From positions 54,856 to 118,855 of the forward strand of contig JBOFII010000021.1 of NCBI GenBank assembly GCA_051650085.1: a DNA stretch of 64,000 bases, written 5' to 3'. Made by a program: the position numbers and the translations under genes. The notes under the pieces are model-generated. The model saw nothing but the letters and a program-made list of their open reading frames with translations, searched no databases and had not been told where the DNA came from. The number at the start of each line of letters is the position of its first letter. The stretch's first letter is position 1. Positions 29,619-39,116 of the stretch are shown in pieces. The stretch is from Formosimonas sp. GTDB taxonomy: Bacteria > Pseudomonadota > Gammaproteobacteria > Burkholderiales > Burkholderiaceae.

Positions 29619-29792
29619 TTAACCTGCAAGCTTTGAATATCGTCCTGTGTTGATTTTTTGCAACGCAACACAAAAAACATCGGTGGCAACGTCCCATTGC
29701 GCATTTTTAAGCGACAAATAATCATTGCCCAAGCGCATTAAATGTAAAATTGCAGGGATTTTGACTCGCGAGTCTTCGGTGTGTATGGTCAT
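29619..29792 (-). pseudogene. Remnant of the 5' end of a type I restriction enzyme R-subunit gene (about 57 codons)
   Basis: It translates as MTIHTEDSRVKIPAILHLMRLGNDYLSLKNAQWDVATDVF..ALQKIN, which matches my recollection of the conserved HsdR N-terminal domain (EDSRVKIPAILHL.RLGY.YLSLK). After about codon 48 it diverges and stops. Confidence 0.45.
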
Positions 29793-29864
29793 TTTGGGCG
29801 TGCATCCTGTCAGGACTGGAAAATCATCCGCCATGATACGCGAAACCCTCTTTTGAATGCAAAA

Positions 29865-31568
29865 ATGAACCCCACCCTCCACTACACCGTTACCCCTTTG
29901 ATGGCCCGCAATGTTTTTGCGATTCGTTTGCAGATTGCGGCTTGCCCCGCTGAGTTTGAGTTGTATTTGCCGACTTGGATTACGGGCAGTTATATGTTGC
30001 GCGATTTTGCGCGGCATGTGGTGCGGATTGAGTCCAACGACGCGCAGCTCACGCCGCTGACGCAGTCGTCGTGGCGGGTCAATTGCCACGGTTCGGTGAC
30101 GATTGATTACGAGGTTTACGCGCACGACACGTCGGTGCGCACGGCGTTTTTGGACAGCACGGGTGGTTTTTTTAACGGCACGTCGCTGTTTTTGTCTGCG
30201 CCGTGTTTGGCCGATGCGCCGCACCGCGTGACGCTGGTTGCGCCCGAGGCGCAGGCCGATTGGCAGGTGGCGAGCACCTTGCCTGCTGCGCCGAGCACCG
30301 CGTCGCGTGGGTTTGGCGATTATGTGGCAGCGAATTATGATGAATTAGTCGACCATCCTGTGCGCATGGGTTGCTTGACATGGCTGACGTTTAATGTCGC
30401 CAATACACCGCACGAGGTGGCGATTGCGGGGCATGTGCCGCATTTGGCGGGGCAGTTGTTGGTGGCGGATTTAGAGCGCATTTGTGCGGCGCAGATTGAG
30501 TTATTTGGCGGGGTTGCGCCGTTTGCGCGGTATTTATTTATGGTCGATGCGCGGGGCGAGGGCTATGGCGGCTTGGAGCACCGCGATTCAACCGCCTTGC
30601 TGTGCCGTCGGCAAGATTTGCCCACGCATTTGGATGAAATCGAGCGACGCGATGATTATTTGACCTTTTTGGGGCTGTGCAGCCACGAATATTTTCACGC
30701 GTGGAACGTCAAACGCATCAAGCCCGCCGCTTTTGTGAACTACGACCTGACGCAAACCATCGACACGTCGCTGCTGTGGTTTTTTGAAGGCGTGACCAGT
30801 TATTACGACGATTTAATTTTGCGCCGCACCGAGATTTTGAGCGAGGCGCAGTATTTCAAACGGCTCAACACCACGCTCAACGCCGTTTTGCGCCACGATG
30901 GCGCACGGGTGCAAAGTGCGCACGACAGCGGTTTTTACGCATGGAGCAAATATTACCAAACCTCGCCCAACACGCCCAACGCCGTGGTCAGTTACTACGC
31001 CAAAGGCTCGCTCATCGCGCTGGTGCTCGATTTTTACTTGCAAGCACACAGCAGTGCCAGTTTGGACGACGTGATGCGCGATTTATGGCACGAGTTTGGT
31101 CAAAATTTCGCGCAAGAGCCACACGGCGTGACGCTGGATGACATTGTCCGCGCCTGCACGCGCTACGCCCCCGCGATTGAGCCGATACTTTTATCCGCCG
31201 TGCACAGCACCGACGACTTGCCGCTGGATGAACTGCTCGCCACGCAAAACATCAGCCTCAAGCGCATCGACAGCCCCGCGCAACTGGGCGCAAGCGTGAG
31301 TAAAACCGACGGCGGCTACGCCATCACCCGCGTATTTAACAACGGCGCGGCGCAAAAAGCCCAACTCGCGCCCGATGACATTTTGCTCGCTGTTGACACC
31401 CTCAAACTCACCGCCACCCCCGATGAGGTTTTAGCCCAATACCCACTCGGCCAAGCCATTACCGTACATTTTTGGCGCGACGGTGTGTTGAGCAGCACAG
31501 TTTTGGTCAATCAAACAGGGGTACAACCAACGGTTGAACTGGTACGCAACACTACTGCTTTATCGTAG
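29865..31568 (+). CDS. M61 family (glycyl aminopeptidase-like) metallopeptidase with a C-terminal PDZ-like domain
   Basis: 567 aa from the ATG at 29865. The zinc motif is CSHEYFHAWNVKRI (HExxH), with GLEH upstream. Confidence 0.8.
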   Translation: MNPTLHYTVTPLMARNVFAIRLQIAACPAEFELYLPTWITGSYMLRDFARHVVRIESNDAQLTPLTQSSWRVNCHGSVTIDYEVYAHDTSVRTAFLDSTGGFFNGTSLFLSAPCLADAPHRVTLVAPEAQADWQVASTLPAAPSTASRGFGDYVAANYDELVDHPVRMGCLTWLTFNVANTPHEVAIAGHVPHLAGQLLVADLERICAAQIELFGGVAPFARYLFMVDARGEGYGGLEHRDSTALLCRRQDLPTHLDEIERRDDYLTFLGLCSHEYFHAWNVKRIKPAAFVNYDLTQTIDTSLLWFFEGVTSYYDDLILRRTEILSEAQYFKRLNTTLNAVLRHDGARVQSAHDSGFYAWSKYYQTSPNTPNAVVSYYAKGSLIALVLDFYLQAHSSASLDDVMRDLWHEFGQNFAQEPHGVTLDDIVRACTRYAPAIEPILLSAVHSTDDLPLDELLATQNISLKRIDSPAQLGASVSKTDGGYAITRVFNNGAAQKAQLAPDDILLAVDTLKLTATPDEVLAQYPLGQAITVHFWRDGVLSSTVLVNQTGVQPTVELVRNTTALS

Positions 31569-32249
31569 AGAATATCCTTTCAATACCTGCACACAACGCC
31601 GATAATCAGGGTAAATCCGCGCCACCACCGCCCAAAAGTCGCGGCTGTGGTTCATGTGAACGGTGTGCGCCAATTCGTGGGCGAGCACATAATCGGCTAA
31701 TTCGGCAGGTAAAAACACCAAACGGCTGTTGATGCGAATTTGCCCGTCGGAGCGGCATGAGCCCCACCGAGTACGCGCGTTGGAGAGCAAAATTTGACGA
31801 GCGTGTAAAGCATATTGCTGGGCATAAAAATCAGCGCGTTGGCTCAAATAAACCAGCAAAATCTGCCCCAATGCGGCAGGCAAGACTTTGGACGAAGCCA
31901 AGTGCAATTCAGTCGCACCGCTCAACCAAAATTCACGCGCCTCCAACTGCGCATCCGCCCGCCAGCGCACACGCACGTTGCGCCCCAAAATGCTCAGTTC
32001 GTCACCATCGCGCAGGTTTAAATCGGGCACAACAGGTTTGCGCGGCTCACGTTGAGGGCTGGCCCATAAATGTTTGACCAGCCACGCTGCTTTAGCCTGC
32101 AACGCCGTTTCGATTTGCGCCATGCTCACACGAGGATGGGCGCGCACTTGCAGGCCGTTGGCGGTAATCACCATGCCAATGCTGCGCCGATTCGTGCGCA
32201 CAATTTCATAGGCAATGTTGCGTCCAGCCAAGCTGATGTGCTGGGTCAT
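31560..32249 (-). CDS. YgjP-like (DUF45 / M48-type) zinc metallohydrolase
   Basis: 229 aa with a C-terminal YVLAHELAHTVHMNHS (HExxH...H). The ATG overlaps the plsC stop (TAATG). Confidence 0.8.
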   Translation of the reverse strand: MTQHISLAGRNIAYEIVRTNRRSIGMVITANGLQVRAHPRVSMAQIETALQAKAAWLVKHLWASPQREPRKPVVPDLNLRDGDELSILGRNVRVRWRADAQLEAREFWLSGATELHLASSKVLPAALGQILLVYLSQRADFYAQQYALHARQILLSNARTRWGSCRSDGQIRINSRLVFLPAELADYVLAHELAHTVHMNHSRDFWAVVARIYPDYRRCVQVLKGYSLR

Positions 32250-32971
32250 TACCGCGCCTTAGGTAAACGCGCCATTTCGCTTTGAATGCTATTGACCATG
32301 TCATCGTGCACCTCATTCATGCTGCGACCATTGGGTTTAATCATGGGTAAAATCGACACGGTAATTTTGCCAGCACGTTTGACCCATGGTTTTTTCGGCC
32401 AACATTCACCCGCGTTGTGGGCAATTGGAATAATCGGTGCATCAAGGGCGACCGCCAGTCGCGCCCCGCCCGTTTTGAATTTAGATGGCGCATGGGGCGC
32501 AATCCGCGTGCCTTGCGGAAACATAATCATCCACACGCCATCATTCAAGCGAATGCGGGCTTGTTGGGTGGTTTGCTCAAAGGCATCTAAGCCCGACTTG
32601 CGGTCAATCGCCACCATGCGCAGCAAACCCAAACCCCAGCCAAAAAACGGCACAAACAGCAATTCGCGCTTGAACACAAAACACAGTGGGTTGCCCAAGG
32701 CGTACAGTAAAAAAATCGTTTCCCACGCCGATTGATGGTTGGCCAACACAATCGCCCCCGTATTTTTGGGCGGCAGGTTTTCAAGCCCTTTAAGCTCATA
32801 ACGAATGCCCAAAATCCAACGCGCCAGAAAGATAGCCACTCGATTCCAAATCGAGGTAAACGCATAACGAGCGCGGTATGGCAACACTGCGGTGAGCATG
32901 CACAGCATCGAAAACGGCACCGTCCACAGCACAACCAACCCCATAAACAACGCCGATCGAATCGCGGCCAT
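32249..32971 (-). CDS. plsC: 1-acyl-sn-glycerol-3-phosphate acyltransferase
   Basis: 240 aa with an N-terminal TM segment, an acyltransferase block LANHQSAWETIF (an Hx4E variant of the Hx4D block) and a FPQGTR block. Confidence 0.85.
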   Translation of the reverse strand: MAAIRSALFMGLVVLWTVPFSMLCMLTAVLPYRARYAFTSIWNRVAIFLARWILGIRYELKGLENLPPKNTGAIVLANHQSAWETIFLLYALGNPLCFVFKRELLFVPFFGWGLGLLRMVAIDRKSGLDAFEQTTQQARIRLNDGVWMIMFPQGTRIAPHAPSKFKTGGARLAVALDAPIIPIAHNAGECWPKKPWVKRAGKITVSILPMIKPNGRSMNEVHDDMVNSIQSEMARLPKAR

Positions 32972-32982
32972 TTTTCTCTCCT

Positions 32983-34086
32983 CTAGATTTTACGTGCCAA
33001 ACAATTTTTAAAGCGCCGATTGACATTGTCGGCGTACCACTGCGTGGTCAATTTGCGCGTGATTTTATCGCTTTTCAGCACAATGGTTGGAATTTGCTCT
33101 TGCAAAACGCTGCCAAACTGCTTTTGATGCAACTGGGCAATGGTTTGGTAAACCGTGGTCTCGACAAAATCCGCCTGTTTTTCGCGCTTCAAATCGCGCA
33201 ACACATCAGCCTCTGTCCATTTTAAGCCTTGCTTTTGCGCATAAGCCATAAGCGTGCGTGAGACTTGCGAAGGCTGCGCGGTGCCGTCTTTGTACGACAA
33301 CAAGTCACCATCAAAGGCGATTTTTTTGTCGCGCGTTAATGCAAGCAGCATTTTTTGAAACGCCGCATTGCGGCTGGCGTAATGCCCTGCATTGTAATCG
33401 GCAAACCGATAATACATCGCGCTGTAGTCGGCAGGATAATACAACAAATGCGCCGTGCCATACAATACGCCGCCTGCACGGCTGTAAATTTGCTCACGGA
33501 TGTTGCCACTGGGCTGGTTCAACTCTGAAGCCACATCTCGCGCGTAATCAACCGAAACCTGCATCGAGCCTGCAGTGGTCACAATGTCACTCACGTCTTT
33601 TTTGAGCAGTTTCAAGCCCAAAAACGTGTATTTCTCGGCGGTGAATTCGTTGTACCACGCCTCAAAATCATGCTCGGTGTGGATATTTTTCATGTTGTCG
33701 CGAAAGGTTTTGCCGTTTTGCGCGGTTTGCGCCATGCGCAGATTGAGCGCAACAGCCATGACGGGGTTCGACTCCATGCTGGCGATTTTTTTAGCCAAAA
33801 TCTGCCGTATGCCCGCCACCGCTGGATCGGCCTTAAAGCCGCTTTCTTGCTCAATCACCGCCACCACGGCGCACACATTGTCTTGCGTGGTCGGTTGTTT
33901 GACGGCGTCCAGCGCACGCACAATATCGCTCGCCCACAAATCGGCCGATTCGCCCGAACGCATGGCAGGCTTAATCAGCGCACTGACCCGCTCCACCGAA
34001 AGCAGCGCACTGGGCGCGACCTCTGGCGCAGCCGAGTGTTTATTGCACGCAGCCAGCAGCAGCCCCAACAGCCAAGCGCGTTTCAT
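32983..34086 (-). CDS. Conserved lipoprotein of unknown function (possibly the DUF1615 family)
   Basis: The lipobox is LLLAAC|N. The ATG overlaps the zapE stop (ATGA). The family assignment is from memory only. Confidence 0.55.
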   Translation of the reverse strand: MKRAWLLGLLLAACNKHSAAPEVAPSALLSVERVSALIKPAMRSGESADLWASDIVRALDAVKQPTTQDNVCAVVAVIEQESGFKADPAVAGIRQILAKKIASMESNPVMAVALNLRMAQTAQNGKTFRDNMKNIHTEHDFEAWYNEFTAEKYTFLGLKLLKKDVSDIVTTAGSMQVSVDYARDVASELNQPSGNIREQIYSRAGGVLYGTAHLLYYPADYSAMYYRFADYNAGHYASRNAAFQKMLLALTRDKKIAFDGDLLSYKDGTAQPSQVSRTLMAYAQKQGLKWTEADVLRDLKREKQADFVETTVYQTIAQLHQKQFGSVLQEQIPTIVLKSDKITRKLTTQWYADNVNRRFKNCLARKI

Positions 34087-35180
34087 AGCGTTTTCACTGC
34101 CAAAACAGGCTCGGCCAAATACTCTTGCGACTGCATTTCAGTCAAGCGCGAGACCGTTCTAAAAAACTCGTTGGCCATTTGCCCCTCGGTGTACAGATGT
34201 TCGGGCGCGGTCGCTGCGCTGATGAACAGTTTGATTTTGTGGTCGTACATGACATCAATCAGCCACGTGAAACGCCGCGCACTGGAAAACATCGCCGCGC
34301 TCAATTGCGGCACGTTGGCCACCATAATCGTATGAAAACGGGCAATTAACGCCAAATAATCGGTTTGCGAGCGTGCCGTGCTGCACAGCGCATCAAAATC
34401 AAACCACGCCACTTTATCGCCCACGCCACGCGCTTTGATGTCGCGGTGATTGATGTGCACGCTGCTCGCTTGTGACAGACCCGCCAAGTCTTTGAACAAT
34501 TGCTGCATTTGTGCATCGGCTTGCGTGTCGTTCGGCGTGAGATAAACCGTGGCTTGCGCCAGCGTGCGGTGACGGTAGTCAATTCCCGCATCAACGTTAC
34601 ACACATCGGTGATGTGCTTAATCAAATCAATCGCGGGCAAAATGCGGTCGCGGTGCAAGCCGTTGGGGTACAAATCATCGGGCTTGTAGTTTGAAGTCAT
34701 GATAAAGCCCACGCCGTTTTTGACCAAGGCATCGAGCAAGCGGTGCAAAATCATCGCGTCGGCAATGTCCGACACATGAAACTCATCAAAACAAATCAGT
34801 CGATAGCGTTCGCTCACCCGCCGCGCCACTTCATCGAGCGGGTCAAACATGCCTTTAAGCTGCGCCAACTCAGTGTGCACACTCAACATAAACTCATGAA
34901 AATGAATGCGGATTTTGCGCCGCAAGTTTATGTGCGCGTAAAACGTATCCATCAAAACGCTTTTGCCGCGCCCAACGCCCCCCCACAAATACACGCCCAC
35001 AGGCGTTTGCGGTTTGGTGAAAAACTTCAAAAACTGATTGGAGCGTTTGGCCTTAAACGCCGCCCAATCGTCTTCGCACTTTTGCAAGCGCTGCGCAGCG
35101 GCCATTTGCGCCGAGTCAGGCTGATAACCTTGCTGAGCCAAAACCGCCAAGTAATGGGTGGTGAAGTTGTTTTTTTTCAT
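34083..35180 (-). CDS. zapE: Cell division protein ZapE (AFG1-like ATPase)
   Basis: 365 aa. It has Walker A YLWGGVGRGKSVLMD and Walker B LICFDEFHVSDI. Confidence 0.88.
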   Translation of the reverse strand: MKKNNFTTHYLAVLAQQGYQPDSAQMAAAQRLQKCEDDWAAFKAKRSNQFLKFFTKPQTPVGVYLWGGVGRGKSVLMDTFYAHINLRRKIRIHFHEFMLSVHTELAQLKGMFDPLDEVARRVSERYRLICFDEFHVSDIADAMILHRLLDALVKNGVGFIMTSNYKPDDLYPNGLHRDRILPAIDLIKHITDVCNVDAGIDYRHRTLAQATVYLTPNDTQADAQMQQLFKDLAGLSQASSVHINHRDIKARGVGDKVAWFDFDALCSTARSQTDYLALIARFHTIMVANVPQLSAAMFSSARRFTWLIDVMYDHKIKLFISAATAPEHLYTEGQMANEFFRTVSRLTEMQSQEYLAEPVLAVKTL

Positions 35181-35208
35181 ATCATTGAACTTATCTCATA
35201 AACCACTT

Positions 35209-35337
35209 CGTCATTCCCGCATGGGGTTAGCGGGAATCCAGTGGGGCGCGAAGCGCACCTTTTGCCTTTGACTTATCAAGGCCAAACAAACGCTTTGCGT
35301 TTGGCTGGATTCCCGCTAAAAGCACTCGGGAATGACG
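35209..35337. mobile_element. NIME/MITE-like element (129 bp): a dRS3-like unit, CCAG, a core, CTGG, then a dRS3-like unit
   Basis: The termini are cgtcattcccgc-N9-gcgggaatccag ... ctggattcccgc-N9-tcgggaatgacg. The core shares tggggcgcgaagcgcacc and caaacgc..tgcgtttgg with the copy at 41757-41887, but in the opposite orientation. Confidence 0.8.
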
Positions 35338-35346
35338 GCGTAAGCC

Positions 35347-35865
35347 TCAATCGGCCAATCGCCCACCCTCTGCATACGGATTTTCAAACCCCAGCCGCGC
35401 CAAAATCTGCACTTCGAGTTGCTCCATGATTTCGGCTTCGTCGTCGTCAATATGATCCAACCCTTGCGCGTGCAACACGCCATGCACCACCAAGTGCGCG
35501 GCGTGCGCGAGCAGGGTTTTGCCCTGCTCGGCGGCCTCGCGCTGCAACACTGCGCCGCACAGCACAATATCGGCCTCAACCACATTCGCACTCATCTGCG
35601 CCAACTCGGCGCGAACTTCTGCGGGTAAATCAGCGAACTCGTCTTCGTCGTTATAGGCAAAGGTCAACACATTGGTTGGGTAATCTTTACCACGATACTC
35701 ATGGTTGAGGCTCTGCCCTTCGGCTTCATCAACAAAACGCAGAGTCAAACTCGCATCAACTTGCACGGCGGCCTTAACCCAACGGCGCAGCAATGGGCGC
35801 GGCAAAAGCGTGACCCAGTCGTGTTGCGCATCAGCGTATTGAACGGTTAACGATAATGAACTCAT
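35347..35865 (-). CDS. ybeY: Endoribonuclease YbeY (16S rRNA 3'-end maturation)
   Basis: 172 aa from the ATG at 35865. The zinc motif is HLVVHGVLHAQGLDH. Confidence 0.9.
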   Translation of the reverse strand: MSSLSLTVQYADAQHDWVTLLPRPLLRRWVKAAVQVDASLTLRFVDEAEGQSLNHEYRGKDYPTNVLTFAYNDEDEFADLPAEVRAELAQMSANVVEADIVLCGAVLQREAAEQGKTLLAHAAHLVVHGVLHAQGLDHIDDDEAEIMEQLEVQILARLGFENPYAEGGRLAD

Positions 35866-35879
35866 GTGTGCTTTCAAGG

Positions 35880-37229
35880 TTAAATCATCTGTTTGGCGGC
35901 ATCCAAACCACTCATGTACGCGCCGTGCGCGGTGGCAAAATATTGGCTGTGGGTCGCTTCGCCCGCAAAAAACACTCGCTTGCCCAGTGGCTCGGCCAGC
36001 GCTTTTCGTGCGTCTTTTCGCATGCCCAGCGCATTGCACGAGTACGAGCCATAACTGAACTCATCTTGCGCCCAACGGGTGATTTGATGGTCAATCGGGT
36101 TGGGTATATTCGCGCCAAACATCTGGCGCAACACGTCCATCGCCTGCGCCACAATTTGTGCATCAGTTTTGTGCTCAATCTCACGGCCATAGTCGGCGGC
36201 GTTAAAGCCCAATAAAACGGGCTTGCCCAGCAGGTTGGCAAAGTCGACCCATTCGGCCCACTGGCCTTTTTTGGGCGACATCCACTCCAACCACGTTGAT
36301 TTGGGTTGCCAAAAAACTTTATCAAAGCGCAGATAAACTTTGTTCAACACACCCATTTTCAGCGCGTCAATCGCCTGTTGTTTGTCCGCGGGCAACGCGG
36401 GGGCGAACTCAATTTTGCCTGCTTTGAGCACGCCCAGCGGCACGGTGACCAGCACCGCATCGGCGCTAAACACCTTGCCATTGGCCGTCACGCGCACGCC
36501 TTGCTCGTCGTGCTCAATTTTTTGCACCACATGACGGGTCAAAATAGCCAAGCCTTGAGCCAAAAATTGCACCAACGCCGCGTAACCTTGTGGCATGACC
36601 ACGTCGTCGCCGTCAAATTCTGCCATCTGCTCCAAATACTTAGCCGATAGCTCCTCGACCGAGCCTGCGTATTCGTGCTCAATCGTGGTGTTGAGCAAAA
36701 AGTCAATTTGCTGCGCCATGCCCGCGCTGATGTCTTTGGTCTGCAACAAAGCCCCGACCGCATTGCCCACCGACTGGTCTTGCGATTGCCCCATCGCTCG
36801 CTGCACCGCTTGGTGTATGAGTTTTTCTGCGCCTTCGTAGTATTCATCATCTTGCACCACTGAGTCGCGTGCATAAAACGTGCGGCTACTGTCCAGCGGC
36901 GATACCACGGTTTGCGCCTGCGCCTGCGCCGCCAAGTCAGTCAACGGATTGTCTTCAATGCCATGAATCCACGACGCACCCAAGTCGAGCGGAATATCAG
37001 CCCATTTCGTACTGGTGTGCGTGCGCCCGCCAATGCGCTCACGCGCTTCCAAAACCTGCACGCTGTGCCCTGCTTTTGTGAGTTTTTTGGCGGCGGCCAA
37101 ACCCGCCAAACCTGAACCAATCACAATCACTTGTTTGCCTTTGGCCATAATCGCTTGAGCCCCTAAAGTTGGGGCAGCCACGGTCAACGCGGCCAATAGT
37201 TTCAACCACAATCTGCGTTCATTGTTCAT
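35880..37229 (-). CDS. Flavin-containing amine oxidase with a Tat-type signal peptide
   Basis: About 449 aa. The N-terminus MNNERRLWLKLLAALTVAAPTLGAQA has an RRxWLK twin-arginine motif and an AxA site. The FAD dinucleotide fold is VIVIGSGLAGLAAA and the C-terminal motif is FFAGEATH. The start overlaps the phoH stop by 11 nt. Confidence 0.78.
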   Translation of the reverse strand: MNNERRLWLKLLAALTVAAPTLGAQAIMAKGKQVIVIGSGLAGLAAAKKLTKAGHSVQVLEARERIGGRTHTSTKWADIPLDLGASWIHGIEDNPLTDLAAQAQAQTVVSPLDSSRTFYARDSVVQDDEYYEGAEKLIHQAVQRAMGQSQDQSVGNAVGALLQTKDISAGMAQQIDFLLNTTIEHEYAGSVEELSAKYLEQMAEFDGDDVVMPQGYAALVQFLAQGLAILTRHVVQKIEHDEQGVRVTANGKVFSADAVLVTVPLGVLKAGKIEFAPALPADKQQAIDALKMGVLNKVYLRFDKVFWQPKSTWLEWMSPKKGQWAEWVDFANLLGKPVLLGFNAADYGREIEHKTDAQIVAQAMDVLRQMFGANIPNPIDHQITRWAQDEFSYGSYSCNALGMRKDARKALAEPLGKRVFFAGEATHSQYFATAHGAYMSGLDAAKQMI

Positions 37230-38313
37230 TTTTCGCTTCCTTTTTGGCACGTGCTTCATAAGCATCCACAATTCGCGCCACCAACGGATGGCGCACCACA
37301 TCGGCACTGGTGAATTCTGAAAAACCAATCCCTTTGACTTTTTGGAGGGTTTGCAATGCGTCGGTCAAACCACTTTTCATACCACGCGGCAAGTCCAACT
37401 GCGACGGGTCGCCCGTCACCACCGCACGTGCACCAAAGCCGATGCGGGTTAAGAACATTTTCATTTGTTCAGGCGTGGTGTTTTGCGCCTCATCCAAAAT
37501 AATGAAGGCATGGTTGAGCGTGCGCCCGCGCATATAGGCCAGCGGCGCGATTTCAATCATTTGCTTTTCAAACATTTTTTGGACTTTTTCAAAGCCCATC
37601 AAATCATACAACGCGTCGTACAAAGGCCGCAAATACGGGTCAACCTTTTGCGTCAAGTCACCTGGCAAAAACCCCAGCCGCTCGCCCGCCTCAACGGCGG
37701 GGCGGGTCAAAATAATCCGCTTGACCGCGTCGCGTTCCAGCGCATCGACCGCACAGGCCACCGCCAAATAGGTTTTACCCGTGCCCGCCGGCCCCGTGCC
37801 AAACGTGATGTCGTGCGACAAAATGTTTTCGAGATACGTTTTTTGCCGTGGCGTGCGGGCTTGTAGGTCAGAGCGGCGCGTGTACAACACGGGGCCGGCA
37901 TCATCCATCTGCGGCAAACTGTGCGCGGTCAACCGTGCGCTGATGTGCCGTTCATCGTCGGCATCCACCCGCGCCCGCGCCGCGTGCAACAACACCCGCG
38001 CGTCATGCCGCTGCTCGTCCGTGCCGTGCTGCTTGACCTTGAAACCCGCCTGCAACTGCACAATCCCCAATTGCACCTCATCAATCGTCAACTCGCGCCC
38101 CGCCATGTCATAAAAATGCGCCAACGCCGCCCGCACCTCGGCCACCCGCGACGCGCTTGAGCCATTGACGGTAAACCGCGTGGCGCGGCGGGTAATCGTC
38201 ACGTTGTACGCCTGCTCCATTTGGCGCAAATTTTCATCCAACACACCGCATAGATTGGCAAGGCGTTTGTTGTCGGACTTGGGGGCTAGGAATTGGGATT
38301 TGAGTGAAGCCAT
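37219..38313 (-). CDS. phoH: PhoH-like ATPase (YbeZ)
   Basis: 364 aa. Motifs are Walker A GPAGTGKTYLA, ILDEAQN and GDPSQ.DLP. Confidence 0.9.
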   Translation of the reverse strand: MASLKSQFLAPKSDNKRLANLCGVLDENLRQMEQAYNVTITRRATRFTVNGSSASRVAEVRAALAHFYDMAGRELTIDEVQLGIVQLQAGFKVKQHGTDEQRHDARVLLHAARARVDADDERHISARLTAHSLPQMDDAGPVLYTRRSDLQARTPRQKTYLENILSHDITFGTGPAGTGKTYLAVACAVDALERDAVKRIILTRPAVEAGERLGFLPGDLTQKVDPYLRPLYDALYDLMGFEKVQKMFEKQMIEIAPLAYMRGRTLNHAFIILDEAQNTTPEQMKMFLTRIGFGARAVVTGDPSQLDLPRGMKSGLTDALQTLQKVKGIGFSEFTSADVVRHPLVARIVDAYEARAKKEAKNEQ

Positions 38314-38315
38314 AA

Positions 38316-39116
38316 TTACTCAAAAAACGTGCGCAACTCATCCGCCACCGCTTGGGTTTGCTCAACGGATAAATGTTGCATTTGGTTGGAACGTTCAATA
38401 TTGTGGCGGTGCTCGTCGTTGTGCACATGATTCACCCGCGTGTGGCTGTCGTGGTGTAAGTGGTACAGCGGCGAGTCAAACGACTCCCATTTCATACCTA
38501 AATTGCGGGTGCGGTAAAAAAACTCATTGTCTTCGCCACCCCAGCCTTTGAACGAGGCATTCATGCCACCCAAGCGAATGTAGTCGGCACGTTTTATCAT
38601 CAACGCGCCACCAATGTTGCGGTCATACAAGCGGGTCACGCCATGTGGTAAGGCATGGCGATTGATTAAGGCCAAAACCTCAAATGTATGCGCGGTGCAA
38701 AACACGCTTTTGTAATCACCATCAATATTCAAACACTCCAAATACGGCGAAAAAACCATGTTTTGAGTCTCAGCCAAACTCAAACGATAGGCCAAACGCT
38801 CAAATAAATCAGGCTCAACCACACAATCGGCATCCAAAATGCAGATTTTATCGGCAGTGGCCAATTTAACCGCGTAGTTGCACAACAGCGCTTTGTTGAA
38901 CTTGCCAGTGCAGTGCATAAACAGATGTTTGATTTTCGAGTCAGCAACGTCACCCCACGCAAAACGCGGTGTGACGTCGGACTCCACCAAGGTCAGCGAA
39001 TAATCTTGATGGGTGTTGTTCAAATAATGCAACAGCGCAATCAAATTGCTCATGCGCTCCGCCGTTGCCCCCCGAAACGGGACAATAATCTCAAGGTTGT
39101 GCAGCGTTTTTTTCAT
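38316..39116 (-). CDS. GT-A fold glycosyltransferase, galactosyltransferase-related (GT2 / Glyco_transf_7C-like)
   Basis: 266 aa. The N-terminal IIVPFRG, the DxD-like ILDADCVV and [14 protein letters not shown] recall the beta-1,4-GalT WGGEDDD block. The ATG overlaps the miaB stop (ATGA), and the stop lies 2 nt before the phoH ATG. Confidence 0.7.
   Translation of the reverse strand: MKKTLHNLEIIVPFRGATAERMSNLIALLHYLNNTHQDYSLTLVESDVTPRFAWGDVADSKIKHLFMHCTGKFNKALLCNYAVKLATADKICILDADCVVEPDLFERLAYRLSLAETQNMVFSPYLECLNIDGDYKSVFCTAHTFEVLALINRHALPHGVTRLYDRNIGGALMIKRADYIRLGGMNASFKGWGGEDNEFFYRTRNLGMKWESFDSPLYHLHHDSHTRVNHVHNDEHRHNIERSNQMQHLSVEQTQAVADELRTFFE

Noticed and set aside
29619-30224. A 201-aa Arg-rich ORF on the minus strand
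   Set aside because: The part above 29792 is antisense to the 5' end of the M61 peptidase gene and is compositionally implausible (RRRQKQRR...). Only the last 57 codons, the hsdR-like remnant, are meaningful.
34974-34984. Homopolymer tracts as phase-variation switches (C7 in zapE, A8 at about 22301 in the TPR protein gene, T8 at 35171)
   Set aside because: The tracts are short, lie in housekeeping or non-contingency contexts, and are intact in frame. There is no evidence of slippage.
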